From: a virus
Lineage: Duplodnaviria; Heunggongvirae; Uroviricota; Caudoviricetes
DNA length: 63,899 nt
Virus record (IMG/VR): IMGVR_UViG_643348545_000007
Direction: 5' to 3' (one strand)
Both the position numbers and the translations under genes were made by a program. The notes beneath the pieces are model-generated. The model saw nothing but the letters and a program-made list of their open reading frames with translations, ran no database searches and had not been told where the DNA came from. Below are positions 1 through 10,600 of the stretch, in pieces (the first letter of the stretch is position 1; each line of letters begins with the position of its first letter).

Positions 1-579
1 TTAGCCGTTAAGTTTAACTGCCAGACCTGCGACATATTCCCCTTGATAACGAGCAATAGACAGTTCTTCCTGGCTGGGCTGGCGTGAACCGTCACCGCCT
101 GCGATGGTGGTTGCGCCGTACGGCGTACCGCCGCGAACCTGTGAAACGTCAAATAATTCCTGCGCTGCGTAGCCAATGGGGACAATCACCATGCCGTGAT
201 GCGCAAGGGTCGTCCAGGTGGATGTGATGGTTTGTTCCTGACCGCCGCCAGTACCGGTGGAACTAAAGACGCTCGCCAGTTTTCCGTATAGTGCGCCGGA
301 AGCCCACAGGCCGCCCGTCTGGTCGAGGAAGGTACGCATTTGACCGGACATGTTACCAAAGCGGGTAGGTGTACCAAAAATAATGGCGTCGTAATCGGCC
401 AGTTCTTGCGGGGTTGCAACCGGTGCAGTTTGCGTTTTACCGCCTGCTTTTTCAAATAATTGCGGCGGCATGGTTTCCGGTACACGCTTAACGACAACTT
501 CTGCGCCATCCACTTTGCTTGCACCCTCAGCAACTGCGCGTGCCATCGTTTCAACATGTCTAAGGATATGCTTTATCAT
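1..579 (-). CDS. wrbA: WrbA NAD(P)H:quinone oxidoreductase; 3' ~560 bp host-derived, first codons supplied by the prophage at attL
   Basis: Translation matches E. coli WrbA from [16 protein letters not shown] to the C-terminal GLAVKLNG; N-terminus MIKHILRHV replaces native MAKVLVLYYSMYGHI; ATG at 577-579 (minus). Confidence 0.85.
   Translation of the reverse strand: MIKHILRHVETMARAVAEGASKVDGAEVVVKRVPETMPPQLFEKAGGKTQTAPVATPQELADYDAIIFGTPTRFGNMSGQMRTFLDQTGGLWASGALYGKLASVFSSTGTGGGQEQTITSTWTTLAHHGMVIVPIGYAAQELFDVSQVRGGTPYGATTIAGGDGSRQPSQEELSIARYQGEYVAGLAVKLNG
548..560. other. attL core (GTTTCAACATGTC)
   Basis: Point where wrbA homology ends; same 13-mer with one mismatch at 63304-63316. Confidence 0.6.
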
Positions 580-1886
580 TTTGAAAAATATAATTTTATT
601 TCATCCTCCTGGTCACTTTGGGGCACGTCTGGGGCACGGGCATTAAGGACATTATTCAGCATAGCAACCTGAGTCACGCTGCACTCAGGCATCCATGCAC
701 CATAAACATTGTAGACCATGCTGGCGCTGGAGTGCCCCATCTGTGATGCAATAAATGTCGGGTTTGCTCCGGCAGATAAAGCCCAGCACGCATAAGTATG
801 GCGTGACTGATATGCTTTCCGGGCTCTTATACCCGCTCTTTTCATTGCTGAGTCCCATGTTGCCCCGATGGAGCTTACCGCATAGTTAATACCCGCCTTG
901 TGATTCTTGCGAACGATTTGCGGACAGAAAACAAAAGTGCACTCGTGCAAAATTGTTCTTCCGTACTCGCGTAATTTAACGGTGATCTGATGCTGCCTGC
1001 CAAGACGAGTAAGCATCGCCTGGTTTTTAAGTGCTTCAATGGCTGGTGCCAGAAGATGTATAACCCGGTCGGTGCCAGCATCAGTCTTTGGTAGCGTAAA
1101 ATCACCTATTTTTGTAAAATTTCTTCGCACTGTTATCGTGCCAACTTTCAGGTCGATATCCTCCCATGCAAGTGCGGCAATTTCACCATGTCGCATCCCC
1201 GTAAAAACAGCCACTGTCCAGAGGTTTTTGGTCTGTTGATGATGACAGGCATCAATGAGGCGACCAAACTCCTCTCTGGTCAGTGGATCCGGCACAGGTT
1301 TTGATTTCCTCAGTGGTGTTATTGAATTAAACGGGTTTTTCTCCAGATACCCGTTTTCAGCGGCAAAGCTGAACATCCCGGCAGTTGTTGTCATGTAATA
1401 GTTTACCGTGGGGACTGTTCTTCCTTTGTTGGTGGAAGTGTTTTTCCTGCTTTCCTTTTCCCCAGTCAGTAAATCTTTCCTGATGAACAGCAAATCCTCT
1501 TTTGTAATCGAGGATGCCAGTCTACCCACGCCAAGCCTCGGTAGCATATTTTTCATCACTGATTGATAACGATTTAAGGCGTTACTACTGATTTCCATTG
1601 CTTTCAGAGTAAGCCATTTCTGTGCCAGTTCACCGACGGTGATATCTTTTTTTACCAGGCCAAATAGCTTCAGGTTAGGTGAGTCAGGGAATCGCTCGGC
1701 ATAATCAAACGTTCCTGTTCTGATTGCAAAGCAGACCGAAGCCCTTAACTCACCAGCGATCTTTCTGTTTTTCGGTGTATCGGGCACGCGAAGATTTTCG
1801 CGCACTCGTTTACCCCTGTACTTAAACGTTATTCGGAGTTTTCCTCCGTGATTTTCAACGCCGGCTGGATAGGCTGAATTCGCCAT
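576..1886 (-). CDS. int: Phage integrase, tyrosine recombinase
   Basis: Long ORF adjacent to attL with a C-terminal region typical of tyrosine recombinases (..[15 protein letters not shown]..); ORF-track start at 1910 is GTG; ATG at 1884-1886 has AGGAGG 5 nt upstream. Confidence 0.85.
   Translation of the reverse strand: MANSAYPAGVENHGGKLRITFKYRGKRVRENLRVPDTPKNRKIAGELRASVCFAIRTGTFDYAERFPDSPNLKLFGLVKKDITVGELAQKWLTLKAMEISSNALNRYQSVMKNMLPRLGVGRLASSITKEDLLFIRKDLLTGEKESRKNTSTNKGRTVPTVNYYMTTTAGMFSFAAENGYLEKNPFNSITPLRKSKPVPDPLTREEFGRLIDACHHQQTKNLWTVAVFTGMRHGEIAALAWEDIDLKVGTITVRRNFTKIGDFTLPKTDAGTDRVIHLLAPAIEALKNQAMLTRLGRQHQITVKLREYGRTILHECTFVFCPQIVRKNHKAGINYAVSSIGATWDSAMKRAGIRARKAYQSRHTYACWALSAGANPTFIASQMGHSSASMVYNVYGAWMPECSVTQVAMLNNVLNARAPDVPQSDQEDEIKLYFSK
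617..640. repeat. Two TGGGGCAC repeats next to attL (candidate integrase arm-type sites)
   Basis: TTTGGGGCACGTCTGGGGCACGGG; same motif repeated four times near attR (63132-63181). Confidence 0.4.
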
Positions 1887-1938
1887 TGTTCCTCCTGCGT
1901 CCAAGAGCACGCTCAGGTTATACTCTTATGGACAAGAA

Positions 1939-2223
1939 TTAAACATCCTGAGATGGTAAGGGTTGGTTTTTAATCCAGGTGTTGATGGTAGGAAGATGAT
2001 AGAGACATTCGCTGTTTTTCTTTGGCGTTCCGTCGGGGGCGATTTGTTTATATTCTCTGCCGTTCATCCACGCAGCGTCCCTGGCGCGTAATATGGTTCC
2101 TTTTCTCAGGCCTGTTACAGCCATTAAAAGCTCCAGTGTTACCCATTCATTCGCATTTATCTGTACAACAGGTGTGATGACTGGTTGAATGCCATGGCTA
2201 TGTTGGTTTACGAACTCGCGCAT
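1939..2223 (-). CDS. xis: Excisionase-like protein
   Basis: Small ORF immediately upstream of int on the same strand; ATG with GGAGG RBS. Confidence 0.6.
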   Translation of the reverse strand: MREFVNQHSHGIQPVITPVVQINANEWVTLELLMAVTGLRKGTILRARDAAWMNGREYKQIAPDGTPKKNSECLYHLPTINTWIKNQPLPSQDV

Positions 2224-2268
2224 AAGTTACCTCCGCATATGTAAGAAAAAACCGCCCGAAGGCGGTTG

Positions 2269-2529
2269 TCAGTTGATTGATGTGCGGCGCATTTTTCGAA
2301 GGCTGGCAATATGCTTTTCCTTCTCAATTTCCGCTTTAATCATATGTAGTTCGTTGTGATCGATTCGCTCAAATTCTGCATTAAATGAGTTAATTGATGC
2401 GGCTCTGGTTCTCCCATCCAGCCTTCGGAAGATCACCTGTGTCAGCGTTACCTTGCAGACTTGAACCGGATAGTTGTTGGCGTCGACGAAGGACTGCCCG
2501 CGCTGGATCAGAACGAACACAGGTAGCAT
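2269..2529 (-). CDS. Hypothetical protein
   Basis: 86-aa ORF between xis and exo, ATG with AAGGA upstream. Confidence 0.45.
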   Translation of the reverse strand: MLPVFVLIQRGQSFVDANNYPVQVCKVTLTQVIFRRLDGRTRAASINSFNAEFERIDHNELHMIKAEIEKEKHIASLRKMRRTSIN

Positions 2530-2567
2530 TCCTTAATTGTCATATCATTTGCACCTCGTTGCTACGG

Positions 2568-3248
2568 CTATCGCCATTGCTCCCCAAATACAAAACCAAT
2601 TTCAGCCAGTGCCTCGTCCATTTTTTCGATGAACTCCGGTACCATTTCGTCAAAAACCTCCATGTATTTTTCATCCCGTTCGACCACGACATAATGCAGG
2701 CCTTCACGCTTCATACGCGGGTCATAGTTGGCAAAGTACCAGGCATCTTTTCGCGTCACCCACATGCTGTACTGCACCTGGGCCATGTAAGCCGACTTTA
2801 TGGCCTCGAAACCACCGAGCCGGAATTTCATGAAATCCCGGGAGGTAAACGGGCATTTCAGTTCAAGGCCGTTGCCGTCACTGCATAAACCATCGGGAGA
2901 GCAGGCGGTGCGCATACTTTCGTCGCGATAGATGATCGGGGATTCAGTAACATTCACGCCGGAAGTGAACTCAAAGAGGGCTCTGGCGTCGTTCTCGTAC
3001 TGTTTTCCCCAGGCCAGCGCTTTAGCGTTAACTTCCGGAGCCACACCGGTGCAAACCTCAGCCAGCAGGGTGTGGAAGTAGGACATTTTCATGTCAGGCC
3101 ATTTCTTTCCTGAGCGGGGTTTTGCTATCACGTTGTGAACTTCTGAAGCGGTGATGACGCTGAGCCGTAATTTGTGCCACGCATCATCCCCCTGTTCGAC
3201 AGCTCTCACGTCGATCCCTGTACGTTGCAGGATAATGTCCGGTGTCAT
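2568..3248 (-). CDS. exo: Lambda-type exonuclease (Red alpha)
   Basis: Translation [29 protein letters not shown].. is near-identical to lambda Exo as recalled. Confidence 0.95.
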   Translation of the reverse strand: MTPDIILQRTGIDVRAVEQGDDAWHKLRLSVITASEVHNVIAKPRSGKKWPDMKMSYFHTLLAEVCTGVAPEVNAKALAWGKQYENDARALFEFTSGVNVTESPIIYRDESMRTACSPDGLCSDGNGLELKCPFTSRDFMKFRLGGFEAIKSAYMAQVQYSMWVTRKDAWYFANYDPRMKREGLHYVVVERDEKYMEVFDEMVPEFIEKMDEALAEIGFVFGEQWR

Positions 3249-4030
3249 GCTGCTACCTTCTGCTCTGTGACTTTCTGTTTCAGGAATCCAAGAACCTTCA
3301 CAGCTTCAGCCTGTGTTAGTTCTGAAGATGTGTAAATGTTGCGGCGAAAAATCTGGGAACAGAGCGGCAACAGGTCGTCATCCCACGTTTTTTCCATGGA
3401 AGTAAGAAGGGCGTTAATTTCCGACATGGTTTCTTCGTTAACCGGGGTGATGTCGCGTTCCGGCTGACGTTCTGTAGTATATGCAGTATTTTCGACAATA
3501 CGCTCGGCTTCATCCTTGTCATAGATGCCAGCAAATCCGAAGGCCAGGCGAGCACACTGAATCATGGCTTTGTGCCGTAACATCCGTTTGGGATGCGACT
3601 GCCACGGTCCGGTGATTTCTCTGCCTTCGCGGGTTTTGAATGGTGCGCGGCGACATTCATCCATCCACTCGGTAACGCAGATCGGGTGATTGCGATCTTT
3701 GCGGTAAATCCGGCATGTACAGGACTCATTGTCCTGCTCAAAGTCCATGCCATCAAACTGCTGGTTTTCATTGATAATGCGGGACCAGCCATCAACGCCA
3801 ACCACCGGAACGATGCCGTTCTGCTTGTCAGGGAAGGCGTAAATTTCTTTCGTCCAGGGATTAAGGCCGTACTGGTTGGCGACGATCAACAATGCGATAA
3901 ATTGCGCATCGCTGGCATCACCTTTAAATGCCGTCTGGCGAAGAGTGGTGATTAGTTCCTGTGGGTCGACAGAATCCATGCCGACACGTTCAGCCAGCTT
4001 CCCTGCCAGCGTTGCGAGTGCTGTACTCAT
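3245..4030 (-). CDS. bet: Recombination protein Bet (Red beta)
   Basis: Translation [20 protein letters not shown].. matches lambda Bet; start overlaps exo end. Confidence 0.95.
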   Translation of the reverse strand: MSTALATLAGKLAERVGMDSVDPQELITTLRQTAFKGDASDAQFIALLIVANQYGLNPWTKEIYAFPDKQNGIVPVVGVDGWSRIINENQQFDGMDFEQDNESCTCRIYRKDRNHPICVTEWMDECRRAPFKTREGREITGPWQSHPKRMLRHKAMIQCARLAFGFAGIYDKDEAERIVENTAYTTERQPERDITPVNEETMSEINALLTSMEKTWDDDLLPLCSQIFRRNIYTSSELTQAEAVKVLGFLKQKVTEQKVAA

Positions 4031-4035
4031 CCGTT

Positions 4036-4332
4036 TTATACCTCTGAATCAATATTAATTTGGTGACGGGCGATGGTTTCAGCCATGTAGCGGATGTGTT
4101 CTGCCATGCGTTCCTGAAAATCGACATCGTCATCAAATGCACGGGAAATAGCTTTTTTGCTGGCCCCGTGACGTTGCAGATTATCGATGCATAGCGATTC
4201 AAACAGGTGTTGGGGCAGACCTTTTTCCAGGTCGTCTGCCAGCTCAGCTTCAGTTTCTTCACGGGCAATTTGCTGGTAGTGTCGTGCCCATGACTGCTCT
4301 TCAATGCGATCGGGGATAAGCCAGGCATTCAT
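4036..4332 (-). CDS. gam: Gam-like host-nuclease (RecBCD) inhibitor
   Basis: ..[33 protein letters not shown].. matches the lambda Gam core. Confidence 0.9.
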   Translation of the reverse strand: MNAWLIPDRIEEQSWARHYQQIAREETEAELADDLEKGLPQHLFESLCIDNLQRHGASKKAISRAFDDDVDFQERMAEHIRYMAETIARHQINIDSEV

Positions 4333-6401
4333 GATTTATCACCTCCGAAATTTTCAAGCCTGTTGGCAATCATGATGGCGATATCAGGGATTGCTGGCGC
4401 TGTGGCTATACATGCGGGGTTGGCGCACAAACCATAGACGGCGGCAATCACGAGCTGTCTTTTCCAGTCGAGAGTTACTGGCTCAGAATTGGCGTCATCG
4501 CCGGACGTATCACTGCCTGGCTCGTTCTGAACAACGGTTTCGCCCTCCTGAGCGGCATCAACAGAGTTTTCCTGAATGATCTTCTCCTCAGTTTGTGCAG
4601 AGTCTTCTCCATCAGCGGCGTCATTTTCTCCAAAAGTTTCTGTGTAAGTGCTATCGCCCATTACCGCACTACAGTCAGGGCAGTTACCCCCGCCAGTCTG
4701 ACCACAGACGCGGCAGTTTTTTTCCAGCTCCGGTTGCGCTACTGGCCCTGGCTGTTGCTCTTCTGGCCCGTTTTGTTGCGTATCCGGGCTGTTTTGTCCC
4801 GCTTCTGGGGCAATTTGTTCCACTTTGGACTGATTCTGGTCCTCAGTGTCGCGAGTCTGGATCCCCTTCACCCACTTCGGATCAGCAGGGTTACTGATGC
4901 CTTCAACGAATTCTCCACGCGAGGCAGCCAGTAATTTGTCGGCATCGACTGGATTTTTTGGGGGGATGTTTTCCCTGGCTTTATTGAGTTCCTCCCTCAG
5001 TTCCTGGTATTTCGTTTCTACAGATGAGACATTTTCCAGTGATTGCGTGTCCGCATTATGTTTAACTGGAATTTCTTCCACTGATTCAGGCGCTGCCTGT
5101 TCATTAGACATTGCGTCCGATGTTTGCTGCTTTTCTTCATCGTCATGTATCTCTTCTGCTGTTCCGCGCTGCGGCATTGGGGCTGATGAGCGACCGCAGG
5201 CGATTTCCACGATTTCCGGATCCGGGTTAGAGTGATCGGTTTCGGTCAACACTTTGTTGAGATATTCAGTCACGCGCGCCGGGATAGCCTCAATGCCGAT
5301 TGGTGCTTCTTTCACTGAAGCCACCACAATGGCGCGGGAATAATCCAGCCCACCGGGCATGGCGATGAATTTGTCACGGAAAACAGAAAAGGGCGGCTTA
5401 TTCTCTGACACGATTTCTTCAACGCGTTTTGCGTGTGCTGGGTGCAGGTTATAAATATCCACATCCATTGAACGGGCCAGAACGCCAGTGGCAATGTCTC
5501 GCGCCAGTGATGCCTGATTGTGGGTAAAGCCTTCGCCACGATCGGTAAGATTTCCGCCGCCAGCGTTAGCACCGGAAGGCGTACGAGTGATGCCTGTAAC
5601 ATAATTTCCTTTCTGCCATTCTTTTGCCAGCAATCCCTGATCCACATAGTCTGTTTTCATCCAGGTGGAGATGAACTTGTCGAATTCAGCCGGGCTGATG
5701 CGATGATTTGCAGAGTGGGGGAATGCTTTCCCTACAGATTCAGCCAGGCGACTAAGGTGATAGTTCGTCAGTTTATCCAGTTCATGATGCGCGGCGCGCA
5801 CAGCAGTAAGCAGGCTCTGAAGGTAACTGTCCTCTGTGTCCATCTCCATACGGATCACGTTATTGCGTTGTTCTGGTGTGGCATGATGCCGGTATTTTCC
5901 ATCTTCATCTTTGCTGAATAAGAAGAGGTGAAGGAAGCGATGAGTAAGGCTCAGAGTGGCGACGGGAATTTCACACTCAGAACAGTCATCGTCGCTGTCC
6001 GGGGATTCGCTTTTCTCCACATCATCCGGAATAGTTCCGTCCAGGTTATCGTTGTCATCGCCAGCAGTTGTGGCATCTTCACCGTTGATGTTGTCATCGA
6101 AGGGGATAGCCATCATGGTGATGCCATCGTTACCGCCTTTTTCATAGCGGTTGCAGAATTCAGTATCAAACACGCCTTCCGGTGGAAGGTCATTCACGAC
6201 GGGGAAATTTACGCGAACGGGTTTTTTGAAATCATCCTCGTCGTAGCCTGCATCGTCCATGGCTGCAATGCAGCGGGAAACTGCGACAGAAAGTTTTCTG
6301 GCCTCGGTCCAGAAAAAACCGCCTTTGATGCCAAGGCGTTTTCTGACTTTATCGTTTTTTGCTTCGCAGTGTAGTGCAAAAGTCTGTTTATCAGCGCTCA
6401 T
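4329..6401 (-). CDS. Large acidic early-operon protein of unknown function (690 aa) with C-terminal Cys cluster
   Basis: Continuous ORF in the kil/cIII position upstream of gam; highly acidic stretches; [16 protein letters not shown] motif; no family recognised. Confidence 0.75.
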   Translation of the reverse strand: MSADKQTFALHCEAKNDKVRKRLGIKGGFFWTEARKLSVAVSRCIAAMDDAGYDEDDFKKPVRVNFPVVNDLPPEGVFDTEFCNRYEKGGNDGITMMAIPFDDNINGEDATTAGDDNDNLDGTIPDDVEKSESPDSDDDCSECEIPVATLSLTHRFLHLFLFSKDEDGKYRHHATPEQRNNVIRMEMDTEDSYLQSLLTAVRAAHHELDKLTNYHLSRLAESVGKAFPHSANHRISPAEFDKFISTWMKTDYVDQGLLAKEWQKGNYVTGITRTPSGANAGGGNLTDRGEGFTHNQASLARDIATGVLARSMDVDIYNLHPAHAKRVEEIVSENKPPFSVFRDKFIAMPGGLDYSRAIVVASVKEAPIGIEAIPARVTEYLNKVLTETDHSNPDPEIVEIACGRSSAPMPQRGTAEEIHDDEEKQQTSDAMSNEQAAPESVEEIPVKHNADTQSLENVSSVETKYQELREELNKARENIPPKNPVDADKLLAASRGEFVEGISNPADPKWVKGIQTRDTEDQNQSKVEQIAPEAGQNSPDTQQNGPEEQQPGPVAQPELEKNCRVCGQTGGGNCPDCSAVMGDSTYTETFGENDAADGEDSAQTEEKIIQENSVDAAQEGETVVQNEPGSDTSGDDANSEPVTLDWKRQLVIAAVYGLCANPACIATAPAIPDIAIMIANRLENFGGDKS

Positions 6402-6508
6402 TGTATTTAAACCTCTGGCTGGATTAGAATTAGCGGCCCTTTGTCTGATTTCTCCGAATACGGTGACGCAGGGAGAAATCCGGTAGCCTGCGCTGCCGGA
6501 TTTTTATT

Positions 6509-6895
6509 TCAGTGGAAGGTTGCCTGGTTTGCTGTTTTGTGAGTTGTTTTTCCCTTTTCGTGCTGGCATTCAGGGCAGTCGCACTCAGAATTTTCTCTTG
6601 CAAACTCAAGAGCCTGTGCAAGTGTATGGATTTGTTGTGCTCCAATGTTGCTTCTGACGACTTCACATGCAGCATGAATATATGGGCTTGGTGTTTTGCC
6701 ATTTAACCCACATAAAACAAAACGACTGTCCTTATATTCGTTATTTCCAACTTCTGTAAGCACTGAAAAAGAAAATACAAAGTCGATTTTGTATTCTTTG
6801 CATATTTTACTGATGCGTTCTGCAATTTCTTCGAGTTCATTTATTGCATCAGGACTGGTTTCGGAAAATATTTCATTTTGCGCAAGTTCTTTCAT
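6509..6895 (-). CDS. Hypothetical protein (Cys-rich C-terminus)
   Basis: 128-aa ORF, ATG start; ECDCPECQH motif. Confidence 0.5.
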   Translation of the reverse strand: MKELAQNEIFSETSPDAINELEEIAERISKICKEYKIDFVFSFSVLTEVGNNEYKDSRFVLCGLNGKTPSPYIHAACEVVRSNIGAQQIHTLAQALEFARENSECDCPECQHEKGKTTHKTANQATFH

Positions 6896-6978
6896 TTTGA
6901 TTTTTCCGTGATTGATAATTAATGCGGTTTTATTTCGGCTTGTCTGTTACAGATATGGAAGGTGTATTTTATTACTCG

Positions 6979-7200
6979 TCACAACGACGCTGCTTTTACG
7001 GGTAAGCCATCGCGCCCGATGAAAACTTTAATCATGCAGTCGGTAATGCATGTTTTTGTTGTGAAGTTACGAATATAGAGTTTTCTCTTTTCAATATTGT
7101 TTGCTGAAGCGATATATGTCCGACCTTCATGAAGAACATAATCGCCAGGCGTCACGCACTGACGTGGTATTTCATCAGTTCCGAAGTGATGAGCAATCAT
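6979..7200 (-). CDS. Hypothetical protein
   Basis: ORF-track start is GTG at 7218; ATG at 7198-7200 has GGAGA 7 nt upstream. Confidence 0.4.
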   Translation of the reverse strand: MIAHHFGTDEIPRQCVTPGDYVLHEGRTYIASANNIEKRKLYIRNFTTKTCITDCMIKVFIGRDGLPVKAASL

Positions 7201-7382
7201 AATTATCTCCATTTTCACAAATGAACTTTGTTGATGCGGTGCCTGGTGCCTCCAGGTGACGTTAACCAGTTAACAACTAACGCCGGGTCAGGGGACGATG
7301 ACTTTCCGTGACATCCTGTCGGTTTAACTGTTCCGCGTGCGCATAGCCGCATTCACCGCATCACAAAATTCACTTTAAAAAG

Positions 7383-7417
7383 GGCGGACATCAGCAATCG
7401 GCAAACCGATGTCCGCC
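7383..7417. other. Perfect 10-bp stem hairpin (GGCGGACATC / GATGTCCGCC, 15-nt loop)
   Basis: Inverted repeat read directly in the 440-bp non-coding gap between early genes. Confidence 0.5.
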
Positions 7418-7656
7418 AAGGGCTACACACAGCAATGTTGTTATTCACAACCGGAAGCGCACGGTCGAAGAAATCTAACGACAAGCCTTCAATGGGAAAG
7501 AGTCTTCGCCGTGCACTTTCGTGTTGTACCCTGGCTTTCAGGGTAATGTCTGTTCAGTAAACTGAGAGTGCCGGAACTTACCCGTGTCCGGCGCACGATC
7601 TCCACCTCACCCGTGGAGAACTCCTCAACTACAAACCCCGTAAGGAGAGTGAATTT

Positions 7657-7866
7657 ATGACACAAGAAGAAAAAGTGATGTTTCTGATGCGGCTGGCTGT
7701 CGATACCTACAACACACAATTCAGGGAGAAAGATATACCTCAAAAGGCAGTTCCTGCTGCGGTAGATAAGGGCGGTGCTATTGCCGTATTTTACGATGCA
7801 TTTGAATCATTTTTTAATGAAAAACTCGACGCTGTTAGCGGCTTCGGAACATCGAGTAATAAATAA
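7657..7866 (+). CDS. Hypothetical protein, opposite strand to the pL operon
   Basis: 69-aa ORF, ATG with AAGGAGAG upstream; its 3' end overlaps the convergent gene 7835..8194. Confidence 0.5.
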   Translation: MTQEEKVMFLMRLAVDTYNTQFREKDIPQKAVPAAVDKGGAIAVFYDAFESFFNEKLDAVSGFGTSSNK

Positions 7867-8194
7867 CGTTCATTACGGTTCTTAAACAACAATCAGTGGG
7901 CTTGATGTTGTTCTTTTCAAGCTCACTTGCCATCACTTCCATTATTCTTGCACTTACACGAATTATTTGGTGGCTGTAAGCGATGCAACTGTCGCTGATA
8001 TTGCTGTTTATTTCTATTACTTCATTTTCACCATTAGCATCAACTTCGGATGCGCTGTTTTCATTATCCTGTTTCAGTGCTTTTTCTGCCATCTGGATGC
8101 GTGTCAGCGTTGCGGAATTTGGGCTAAGTCGATAAACCTGTCTGGCATCTTCCAGAAGCAGGGCGATAATGTGCTTCAGTTCTGTTTCGTTCAT
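7835..8194 (-). CDS. Hypothetical protein
   Basis: ORF-track start at 8215 is TTG; ATG at 8192-8194 with GGAG upstream. Confidence 0.5.
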   Translation of the reverse strand: MNETELKHIIALLLEDARQVYRLSPNSATLTRIQMAEKALKQDNENSASEVDANGENEVIEINSNISDSCIAYSHQIIRVSARIMEVMASELEKNNIKPTDCCLRTVMNVIYYSMFRSR

Positions 8195-8225
8195 AGTTAA
8201 CTCCGGTAGTTGCAATTTATTAATA

Positions 8226-8939
8226 TCAGGCGGTCAGCTCTTTAAGCTTCTGAACTGCTTTATTCATTTCATCCATACAGTCGATGAATTCGTCCAGTTT
8301 AAGCTGCATTTTTCCGGCGGCCTGAAGAATTTCAAGTTTTAAGGGCGCAAGTTTTTTGTTGAATGCATCATCTTCCTGGCGTTTTTTCTCCGCAATTTCG
8401 GCGGCTTTCAGCAATTCTTCAGCCTGTTTTCTGAGTATTTCTGGTGAAGGTGAAACTGCTTTGAGGTTATTCATTTCAGGTTCCTGTTGTTGCAGAATTA
8501 ATTTGTTGCATTCTCTGCGTGAGCGTTTCATTGCAGATTCGCACTTCTTGCAATAAATGGCTCTCCCGTCACGCTTGCTGGCATCTGAATAAAAATCATT
8601 GACTGATTTTGTCTGCCCGCATCTGGTACATAATTTTGATTGAAGGTCCTTAATGATTGTGACGTTTCCTTCCCGTTTGGGATATCCATATTTTTTGTGG
8701 CGGAAAAAGGTTACTCCGTTACCAGAACCTTCTTTTCTGACCTTAAATACAATGATGCTTTCCCGTTTATCGATAAAATCTATGAGCTGGTTTCTCTCCT
8801 TTCCTGACAGTTCGGCAAATGTCTTAACTTTTTTAGTAACTTCCGTAAGGCGAACTCCATCAGGCATTTTTTCAACGAAGTTTTTAATCTCTGCAAGCGG
8901 ACGCCATAACTTTTGCGGCAAAACTGAAGGCGTGGTCAT
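8226..8939 (-). CDS. Hypothetical protein with CxxC..CxxC zinc-ribbon-like motif
   Basis: 237-aa ORF directly downstream of N; CTRCGQ..YCKKCE; ATG at 8937-8939 with GAGGTG RBS. Confidence 0.6.
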   Translation of the reverse strand: MTTPSVLPQKLWRPLAEIKNFVEKMPDGVRLTEVTKKVKTFAELSGKERNQLIDFIDKRESIIVFKVRKEGSGNGVTFFRHKKYGYPKREGNVTIIKDLQSKLCTRCGQTKSVNDFYSDASKRDGRAIYCKKCESAMKRSRRECNKLILQQQEPEMNNLKAVSPSPEILRKQAEELLKAAEIAEKKRQEDDAFNKKLAPLKLEILQAAGKMQLKLDEFIDCMDEMNKAVQKLKELTA

Positions 8940-8942
8940 CAA

Positions 8943-9326
8943 TCACCTCGCCGTCAGTTGTTTTGATTTCCGGTAGCCTGCCGCGTAAATGGCTACGTTT
9001 GGAAGACATACACCAGTTTCTGGTTGCTTATGTCCAAACTCATTCGCGTACACAATGGCTGCTCGCTCCAGATTGCGTCTGTATTCTTTCTGTTGCCAGA
9101 TCACGTCCTGTGCCATGAACTTAATTGGCTTAGCGTCTTCTATGCGCTCAGGCGTTTCGTGAGTACCTTTAGCCTGAATCTGCGCTCTGCTTAGAGTAGG
9201 GCGGTGTAATACTTCTGAACTTATTGCTTCTTCGCGGGCCAGCACGCCGTTAGCTAATGCCTTTGCCTTTAAACGCTCACGACGATGAGAGCGTGAATTG
9301 CCTTTGAACTGAGTTCTGCGTGTCAT
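8943..9326 (-). CDS. N: Antitermination protein N (P22/H-19B/933W family)
   Basis: 127 aa with arginine-rich N-terminus (SRSHRRERLKAKALANG) and C-terminal ..YAAGYRKSKQLTAR resembling P22-type N; first gene downstream of pL; AGGAGG RBS. Confidence 0.8.
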   Translation of the reverse strand: MTRRTQFKGNSRSHRRERLKAKALANGVLAREEAISSEVLHRPTLSRAQIQAKGTHETPERIEDAKPIKFMAQDVIWQQKEYRRNLERAAIVYANEFGHKQPETGVCLPNVAIYAAGYRKSKQLTAR

Positions 9327-9491
9327 ATAGACCTCCTGATGAACTTTGGTGGTGTGGTAGGTGGGAGACCCATTTCGACCTGTTTCGGCCTACTTCAATT
9401 CGGCAATAGTCCCGCAGGCCCCGCCGCTTTACGTGCGACATATTCCCGTCCATGAACCCTTCACCACACCCCAAAGTTCACTTTGGTTATT

Positions 9492-9506
9492 GCGCTTTGT
9501 CAGCGC
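9492..9506 (-). promoter_or_regulatory. nutL boxB hairpin (GCGCUGACAAAGCGC, GACAA pentaloop)
   Basis: Reverse complement of 9492-9506 matches the P22 boxB as recalled; lies between pL and N. Confidence 0.6.
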
Positions 9507-9567
9507 CGTAGATTCATATTTGAATCGTTGTATATTCACCGCCCTGGTGAGTAGTGCGTCCTGCTGA

Positions 9568-9637
9568 TGTGTTTAGTATCACCGCCAGTGGTATTTATGT
9601 CAACACCGCCAGAGATAATTTATCACCGCAGATGGTT
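9568..9637 (-). promoter_or_regulatory. pL promoter with operators OL1, OL2, OL3 (lambda type)
   Basis: TATCACCGCCAGTGGTA (9577-9593), CAACACCGCCAGAGATA (9601-9617), TATCACCGCAGATGGTT (9621-9637) match lambda OL1-3; -35 TTGACA and -10 GATACT on the minus strand. Confidence 0.85.
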
Positions 9638-9776
9638 ATCTGTATGTTTTTTATATGGATTTATTTTTTGCAGGGTTGAGTGGCTTGGGAGGTGATCGAG
9701 AGATCTGAATTGCGATGTTTAGTGAGTTGTATCTATTTATTTTTCAATAAATACATTTGGTTATGTGTCTTTAGGT

Positions 9777-9786
9777 GGGGGGGGGG
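9777..9786. repeat. Homopolymeric G10 tract
   Basis: Ten consecutive G between OL and the immunity terminator. Confidence 0.7.
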
Positions 9787-9790
9787 TGAG

Positions 9791-9823
9791 GCAAAGAAAA
9801 CCCGGCGCTGAGGCCGGGTTTTT
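9791..9823 (-). terminator. Rho-independent terminator of the leftward immunity transcript (t_imm-like)
   Basis: On the minus strand, hairpin CCCGGCCTCAGCGCCGGG followed by UUUUCUUUGC, immediately after the stop of gene 9824..10600. Confidence 0.7.
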
Positions 9824-10600
9824 CTAGGCTACCAGAGACTCAATCCAAGAGTCTCTGGTATGGAATGGCAACACTCGTGCGGTATCATTAAATAGTAGTG
9901 ATAGTTGCTGTAGCTCAGGTGTTAACCCATCGCTGTCAACTATTACAAATCTATTGTTTATGTCAGGAACGACCTGACTTAAGTCAACAATCTTCCCAAC
10001 TGTTGAGTGGGCAGTATTCCATCCCTTACTGCTGGCAAGGCTTACCGTAAACCCGCGTTTTGGTGGTATTAGTCGAGACTCATTCCTTAGCGTTAACGGA
10101 ACAGTAATGTTATGCCCACTAATACCTTTCACTTTTTCCTTTAAGGCTAGTCGCTTCCCAAGCCCTGCTGATTTTAAGTAACTGATTACACATTTTTCGA
10201 ACTTATCGTCTTTGACCTCAGCATACCAATCAGCAGTTTGGGCGGATGCAAGAATCCCACCACGAATAACATTTGCAGTTACCTGTCCAACGGACGACTC
10301 ATCTGCCCACGCAGATATCTCTCCAGAGTCATTTAATGAAATTCCTTGCGAAGCGAGTGATGACCTGATCAGATCAATTTTCTTTTTAGTCAGGTGGATG
10401 CCGCGTGATTCAATATTCATCAATGTATCGCAGTAGTCTGTAACCCTATACTGACCACTCATCTCTTGAACGAATACACTTATCTGCTCACAATCATCGT
10501 AGTATGTGAATGGACTAATAACGCGCAGCAACGTGTCGCTCATTGGGTGGCATTCAAACCCGAGCTTAGATATGACTGTTGAACACGTTACATTTCCCAT
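9824..10600 (-). CDS. Unknown protein in the rexB position (258 aa, soluble)
   Basis: ORF co-oriented with cI, ATG at 10598-10600 overlapping the stop of the upstream gene by 13 nt; no recognisable family, no TM segment. Confidence 0.7.
   Translation of the reverse strand: MGNVTCSTVISKLGFECHPMSDTLLRVISPFTYYDDCEQISVFVQEMSGQYRVTDYCDTLMNIESRGIHLTKKKIDLIRSSLASQGISLNDSGEISAWADESSVGQVTANVIRGGILASAQTADWYAEVKDDKFEKCVISYLKSAGLGKRLALKEKVKGISGHNITVPLTLRNESRLIPPKRGFTVSLASSKGWNTAHSTVGKIVDLSQVVPDINNRFVIVDSDGLTPELQQLSLLFNDTARVLPFHTRDSWIESLVA

Noticed and set aside
9277..9567. Short ORFs (65 and 68 aa) in the N leader
   Set aside because: The region contains the boxB hairpin and pL-proximal leader; the ORFs have no RBS and overlap regulatory RNA structure.
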